Part shown: positions 36,231 through 40,966 of the stretch, piece by piece | Layout: each line of letters opens with the position of its first letter | Position numbering within the stretch: position 1 is the stretch's first letter | NCBI GenBank assembly: GCA_964559195.1 | Contig: CAZLJB010000001.1 | Coordinates: 1-40,966, forward strand | Origin: an uncultured Anaerolinea sp. | GTDB taxonomy: Bacteria > Chloroflexota > Anaerolineae > Anaerolineales > Villigracilaceae | Direction of reading: 5' to 3' | DNA length: 40,966 bases | The notes under the pieces: generated by a model | Database searches by the model: none | What the model saw: the letters and a program-made list of their open reading frames with translations, nothing else | Told to the model about the DNA's origin: nothing | Position numbers and translations under genes: made by a program

Positions 36231-39110
36231 TTATTTCGGCTGTTGACCCTCAATTATAACCGGACTGCAGCATAAATCCTTTTCTTGAACGGCCTGCACA
36301 TTGGCTGGCAATGCCAGTGTTTCATACTCAGCTTCTGAAATTAAAAGCAACCCTTCCACAACCAGTGGTGCATCGTCCTGTTTGTCAAAGTAAAAAGCAT
36401 ATTGTCCTTTAAGGCCATTTACAGTACCCAGATCAAAAAACTGATATTTGCTGTTAATCACAACGATATCGGATGGGATCAATTTGCCAAGCTCCGCCGC
36501 GGAATAAGTACTTGTATCGAGAGGCTTGCGCGCAGAGGTAAAAACCATTCTTTTATCGTAAAATCCGAGGTTGATTGGATCAGATTGTAGTTCAAAGAAT
36601 TGCTTGTCAGAGTAGAGCTTGGACTGCACGATTAGATCATTCTTCGTGGCTGCCCCCCGTAATAGCAAATGAAAAACACCTGTTTCCGGCAAAGTCACAT
36701 CAATCCGAAAAGCTGTCTTACGTGGCACGCCGATAAAACCACCTTCAATCGTTCCCCATAAACCAGGCGTGATCATGTTTAGTCGGTTGTATTTACTGTC
36801 AGAAAAAAATTGAAACAGGCGGAACATTGGCGAAAGATAATAAGAACTCGAAATGATATTGGGGTTAAAAGCCAGAATAGTACTGCTCGGGCGAAAGAAC
36901 TGTTCCTTGTGAGCTTTCTCATATAAATTCAAAATCGAAGTGTGCAAATCACTTGTTACAAGCGTCAATCGATCATAATTTTCAAGATCACCAACCACAT
37001 TGGAGTGGCGCAGATCATAGTAACGGGTTAATTCCAAATTACGGGAAAGTATCTGGAGAAAAGTGTTCCAATCAGTATCAATAAAAAGTGGGACCCGGTT
37101 GGCCGGCGGTAAGTCTGTAAATTCATATAAGGCATAACTTTCATTTTCCATTAATTTTTTAACATAAGCGCTGCGCCGGTCAAACTCCGGCAACAGAACT
37201 CTTTCAACATCCTTCAAATATTCCTGCCCGCCCACCGTGCTGGCTACCAATTCTTTATTAACAATAATATATCGCAGATCCAGGTCACGAGCGATGTTGA
37301 TCCACCAGGGTTGTTGGTAGTATAAGGCCCTTAATAAAAGGAAAAATTCGTGCTTATTATCCGAATCTCCTGTCAGTCCATAATAATAACTGGGTAAATC
37401 GAGGTAATAAATATGGAACTTGTCAATGAATTTGTGCGCAACTCCATTGATATCAATTTCAGCCTTGGCCGTTTCAGTTGGAGGCAATACCACCACTTTG
37501 CCAGGCGGCAGTTGGAGCAAGGCTTCCTTGATTTCACGCAATGGACCCACCGGATAAGGCGCCAGAAAATTGCTAAAATTTCCGGAGAAAAAAACCTTGG
37601 TATAGGCTGTATTTGAAAAAATGGGTACCAGGGCGAATAGGGTAATTACCAAAGGCAGGTATCTGGTTTTGGATAGTCGCCCGAGTATGTCCTTCACCCA
37701 CTGAAGAAAGGCTTTGACAGCCGGTTTGTGAGAACCTGATTCACTGCTGACCCATTCCCTGATCTCCTGTTCAATCCAAACCAATGAAACCGGAATCATC
37801 ACACAGCCCATCACAAACATGATGAATTCAAACCGGTGTGGAAAACGTAAAACCTGAACCACGGTTGCCAACAGTGTCACAACCAGGTCGCCAACCATCG
37901 TGCGAGTTCCATTGGCATAATTGCTTATAAATGAAATTGTGCGGTGAAAGGTAGGAAGCCATTGTGGATCGGTATACCCGAGTGTAGCCCACATCGAAAA
38001 AAAAGTACTGATATAAACCACAACCATCAACGCCCGCATCGGCTCTGAATCAAACAGGCTCTCACGCGCTTTTCTATAAAAGAGTGGCATTAACATCAAG
38101 GTCGTATAAATTGCATTTGACCAGCGCGGGACCTTGGAGAGATAATCCCCGGTCGTGAACTTATCCATAATGCCAGCCATATCAAATGCCAACAAATGGC
38201 CAGGTGCAATCGAGGCATCGACAATAAAATAATAATCTGCCGGGACGGTCTCAGAAAGATTTGCAACCCCACTCAACGCGTAATATTTTACAAATAAATA
38301 ATAAGGAATTAATGTAACAACCGCAAGAATTGCGAAAGAGCCAATACAACGCCAGAAACGCACTTCCAAAAATAATCGTTTCCAATCTCTTCGAAAGGTA
38401 TTCCAGCCTTCACGCCAGGCCTTGGGTTTAAGAATTAACTTCCAGCGTCCATCTCTGATAACTTGTATCAAATCCATCACAACCAGCGTGGCAACTGCCA
38501 GGGCCATATACAAACCAAACAGCACCAGGTAATGCACCGCAGGATTAAATAAGGTAATCAAACATGCGGCAATCACGGGGGTGTACGGTTTTTTTTGTGG
38601 AAATAGCAATCCATAAGTCATCGCAACGATCGCGACCAGAAACATTGAAAAGCCAAGGATCAGGGTATAAAAGTGCGTTATCTTGGCATAATCCATAATC
38701 AAAAAAATCGCCATCACCGGCGCAGCGGTAATGGTATAGACTGTTTCAACTTTATAACGTGGTAGTATCTTGCTGATAAACCATGCTACCGCCAGGTATC
38801 CTACATAAGCAATGGTTGGGACAACAATTGGGATCGCAAATGGTAAAACTTTATAATACCGCAACCAGGTCGTGTGAAACGAATACCGAACCCGAAATTC
38901 ATAACCGTTGGTCAGCTGATTGAATTTTCCCGCCGCCTGGTCAATGAACTGGCTGTTTGGATTAAAAAATGGCACCAACTCATCGGCATTAATAACTGCA
39001 TCACCACGCAAAATGGATGGGATACTGGCAATCACACCCCGAAACATGATCACCGAAAGGGTGTAATAACAAAGACCGACAATTAAAATAATTTTACGTG
39101 TGGATGTCAT
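36231..39110 (-). CDS. Large polytopic membrane protein of unknown family (N-terminal half with 10 or more TM helices plus a C-terminal soluble domain of about 430 aa)
   Basis: TM helices are dense through about residue 520, then a hydrophilic domain runs to the stop. The layout is reminiscent of GT-C/YfhO-type enzymes, but I recognise no motif. ATG 39110 chosen; TTG 39125 is an alternative start. Confidence 0.75.
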   Translation of the reverse strand: MTSTRKIILIVGLCYYTLSVIMFRGVIASIPSILRGDAVINADELVPFFNPNSQFIDQAAGKFNQLTNGYEFRVRYSFHTTWLRYYKVLPFAIPIVVPTIAYVGYLAVAWFISKILPRYKVETVYTITAAPVMAIFLIMDYAKITHFYTLILGFSMFLVAIVAMTYGLLFPQKKPYTPVIAACLITLFNPAVHYLVLFGLYMALAVATLVVMDLIQVIRDGRWKLILKPKAWREGWNTFRRDWKRLFLEVRFWRCIGSFAILAVVTLIPYYLFVKYYALSGVANLSETVPADYYFIVDASIAPGHLLAFDMAGIMDKFTTGDYLSKVPRWSNAIYTTLMLMPLFYRKARESLFDSEPMRALMVVVYISTFFSMWATLGYTDPQWLPTFHRTISFISNYANGTRTMVGDLVVTLLATVVQVLRFPHRFEFIMFVMGCVMIPVSLVWIEQEIREWVSSESGSHKPAVKAFLQWVKDILGRLSKTRYLPLVITLFALVPIFSNTAYTKVFFSGNFSNFLAPYPVGPLREIKEALLQLPPGKVVVLPPTETAKAEIDINGVAHKFIDKFHIYYLDLPSYYYGLTGDSDNKHEFFLLLRALYYQQPWWINIARDLDLRYIIVNKELVASTVGGQEYLKDVERVLLPEFDRRSAYVKKLMENESYALYEFTDLPPANRVPLFIDTDWNTFLQILSRNLELTRYYDLRHSNVVGDLENYDRLTLVTSDLHTSILNLYEKAHKEQFFRPSSTILAFNPNIISSSYYLSPMFRLFQFFSDSKYNRLNMITPGLWGTIEGGFIGVPRKTAFRIDVTLPETGVFHLLLRGAATKNDLIVQSKLYSDKQFFELQSDPINLGFYDKRMVFTSARKPLDTSTYSAAELGKLIPSDIVVINSKYQFFDLGTVNGLKGQYAFYFDKQDDAPLVVEGLLLISEAEYETLALPANVQAVQEKDLCCSPVIIEGQQPK

Positions 39111-39157
39111 ATTTCTGGGTCTCAATCAAGGTAAGCCAACGGACCCAATATCCGGTG

Positions 39158-40288
39158 TTACTGAATTTTCGCGCGAATTTCAGCAAAATAAGCATCCAAT
39201 TCACCGCGTAATTCCCTGCTGCGCTTTACAAGGTGCTGTTGTATATTTTCCCGATTTAAAATGACAGTTTTAATTCCAACAAGCAGCGTCTCCGCTAAAA
39301 ATGGTTGGTTGATGTTCAAACTGTGCTCTGACATACCAAGGTAGTCAACCAATTCCTGCACTTTAACATCATAAACCAAACCAAAAAATGGTTTTCCCAG
39401 GATCGAAGAAATAACCAGTGTATGCAGGCGCTCGGCCAAAACCAGGTCACAGCTTGAAATAATTTCACCCGCTTCCTGAGCAGTTTGTGGATCATGAACA
39501 ACAAATGAAATGTCTGGAATTCGCTTTGCAAATTCTTTTAAGACGGATAAATCGTCATTCGCTTTAAATTTACTTTGCATCGGCAGCGCATGAATAGTAA
39601 TGGGTTTTTCCGCATTGAGTCTGGTCAAGCAGTCAGCCAGGTTTTGTAAAAAACCTTCCCATGCCTCCCGGTTTTCGATATCAAAATTCAAATTAAGCGC
39701 CAGGTGAAGCCTACCAGTCGGGTAAGCAGACACTCTACCCGGCGTAAATACTTCAGGGGAATTCGCAAAAACTGCATCAGGCACCCTGCGCATTTTTTCA
39801 GGATTGATCTTTAATCTCTGGCAGGTTTTATAGGATTTATCATCCCGAACAGAGACAAAATCCACCTGTGTAAGGATCATCCGTGCCAGGCGATCCCCTC
39901 CAGCCGAAAGCAAAGGCCCCACACCAATATTACTCATGATTACTTTTTTTCGGGCAACCAACTTTGTAAATGTAACGGACGCCAAAATCATCAGCAACGT
40001 CGAATATCGATTACGCCCCACGCTGGCATATAATTCCTTGATAATACTGCCCCCGCCGAAAAATAAAATATCACTGGTTAATAAATGGCGCAAAAAGCGT
40101 GGCAGCTCCCTGGTAGTGTGAAAAGACTCCACATCATAATTCGGTCTTAGATAAGATGTGGTAAATTCAGGATCGTAGGAATTGACTGCATAATGATGCT
40201 CCCGCCCCAACTGGGCCAAAAAAGTCTCCAGAAGCAGTTCATCTCCAATATTAAATTGTCCATGTGTGCCCAGGAAGGTTATTTTCAT
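39158..40288 (-). CDS. Polysaccharide pyruvyl transferase family protein (CsaB/WcaK/EpsO type)
   Basis: MKITFLGTHGQFNIGDELLLE N-terminal motif and C-terminal AERLHTLVISSILGKPFFGLVYDVK motif typical of the pyruvyl-transferase family. 376 aa. First gene of the cluster. Confidence 0.82.
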   Translation of the reverse strand: MKITFLGTHGQFNIGDELLLETFLAQLGREHHYAVNSYDPEFTTSYLRPNYDVESFHTTRELPRFLRHLLTSDILFFGGGSIIKELYASVGRNRYSTLLMILASVTFTKLVARKKVIMSNIGVGPLLSAGGDRLARMILTQVDFVSVRDDKSYKTCQRLKINPEKMRRVPDAVFANSPEVFTPGRVSAYPTGRLHLALNLNFDIENREAWEGFLQNLADCLTRLNAEKPITIHALPMQSKFKANDDLSVLKEFAKRIPDISFVVHDPQTAQEAGEIISSCDLVLAERLHTLVISSILGKPFFGLVYDVKVQELVDYLGMSEHSLNINQPFLAETLLVGIKTVILNRENIQQHLVKRSRELRGELDAYFAEIRAKIQ

Positions 40289-40488
40289 AAGCCTCTTTTA
40301 TTCAAAATAGTATAGCCCTGATAATTAATTCAATCCTATCAGGATGATTACAATATCCAAGCTGATTTAATATTTCAAAATCACATCAATGATAAATCAA
40401 TTTCACTATATTTAAACCATTTTTTAAAGGAGCAAATTTACGATCAAAAACCTTTCGATTTTCTACCCTTGACCTGCCATAAACAATG

Positions 40489-40525
40489 AAAAAATCCGTC
40501 TCTCTGTATTGAAGGGACGGATTTT
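40489..40525 (-). terminator. Rho-independent terminator downstream of the partial gene at the window end
   Basis: Minus strand: stem aaaatccgtc / gacggatttt with a 15-nt loop, followed by a run of six T. About 75 nt after the stop at 40599, and it separates that gene from the cluster promoter region. Confidence 0.55.
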
Positions 40526-40598
40526 CTTGCTATAAACCGAATGATTTTATAAACTCGCCTGGGCTTCTGCAACAATTCATTGTTGCAAATTTAAATAT

Positions 40599-40966
40599 TT
40601 ACTTCAGAAGCTGGACAGATGGTGGTACAGGTTCCAAGGGGTGCTCATTCGATTTGAAGCAAACATGCGCAGTGGATGAGCCACCCGCATTAACAATATA
40701 ACCAACCAGTTGTCCATGATTTTCCGTTACAGAATTACCCAACATGGTCAGGCAGGCTGTGGGTGCCATAACTGTTCCAAATATGCCGGTATTGCCATTC
40801 CCTCGCAGATCCATCCTGGGAGTGTCGGATGAACCCGTGCATGACGAGAGGGTCTGCTGACCAGCTTTCAGCAAGTTTAAATCACAAATAATATCGTGGT
40901 GTCCATTGGTCCCCTGGCAGGTCAACGGCAAAATGATGGCATAGCCCTTGTATTCATTGGCTGGGT
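40599..40966 (-). CDS. Partial CDS (5' end off-window), secreted protein with a TadG/pilus-assembly-like C-terminal region (tentative)
   Basis: The frame stays open to the window edge; codons upstream of the track start read PANEYKGYAII. GNGNTGIFGTVMAPTACLTMLGNSV...GQLVGYIVNAGGSS resembles the Gn..i.G.iyAP.a.v...Gn....G.iv motif of TadG-like proteins. Confidence 0.5.
   Translation of the reverse strand, partial: PANEYKGYAIILPLTCQGTNGHHDIICDLNLLKAGQQTLSSCTGSSDTPRMDLRGNGNTGIFGTVMAPTACLTMLGNSVTENHGQLVGYIVNAGGSSTAHVCFKSNEHPLEPVPPSVQLLK

Noticed and set aside
1-40966. CRISPR arrays, tRNA/rRNA genes, IS elements, integrases, toxin-antitoxin pairs or recognised phage-defence genes
   Set aside because: Visual scanning of intergenic regions and of all ORF translations gave no repeat-spacer pattern, no cloverleaf-like conserved tRNA boxes, and no transposase, integrase, nuclease or helicase signatures. 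This absence is by eye only and should be confirmed with tRNAscan-SE, Infernal, ISEScan and DefenseFinder.

Overview
This 41-kb bacterial window splits into two parts. I could not compute GC; by eye it is mid-range. Shine-Dalgarno sites are clear before most genes. I found no rRNA, tRNA, CRISPR array, transposase or integrase.

Positions 1-21.5 kb are a mixed-strand run of housekeeping and accessory genes:
- yebC-ruvC-ruvA, then proC
- a ChrB-C-like protein translationally coupled to an MFS transporter
- an ABC-F ATPase, a CDF metal exporter, menA, a penicillin-acylase-family Ntn hydrolase, PPK2, a SIS phosphosugar protein and an AraD-like epimerase
- a GbsR-type regulator operon with a textbook promoter and operator, and an IclR regulator
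- two apparent gene relics: a DegV-like 3' fragment and a CrcB start

Positions 21.5-40.3 kb are the main item. It is an 18.7-kb, 14-gene, single-strand (minus) cluster with gaps of 67 nt or less and two 4-nt overlaps. In transcription order it encodes:
1. a polysaccharide pyruvyl transferase
2. a 960-aa polytopic membrane protein of unknown family
3. an 881-aa membrane-anchored protein with four ConA/LamG-like repeats and a Pro/Thr/Ser-rich linker
4. a PIG-V-like GT-C transferase
5. a polyprenyl-phosphate-hexose-synthase-like GT2
6. a GT4
7. a complete partner-switching module with no sigma factor: STAS, GAF-PP2C phosphatase, RsbW-type kinase, second STAS, stand-alone receiver
8. a Wzx-like flippase
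9. GDP-mannose pyrophosphorylase
10. a multi-PAS/GAF hybrid histidine kinase

I interpret it as a candidate cell-envelope glycoconjugate assembly system under post-translational partner-switching control. This is loosely analogous to Vibrio fischeri Syp, but split into separate proteins, with two STAS proteins, and its output target is unknown. All product calls rest on motif recognition by eye. None has been checked against a database.
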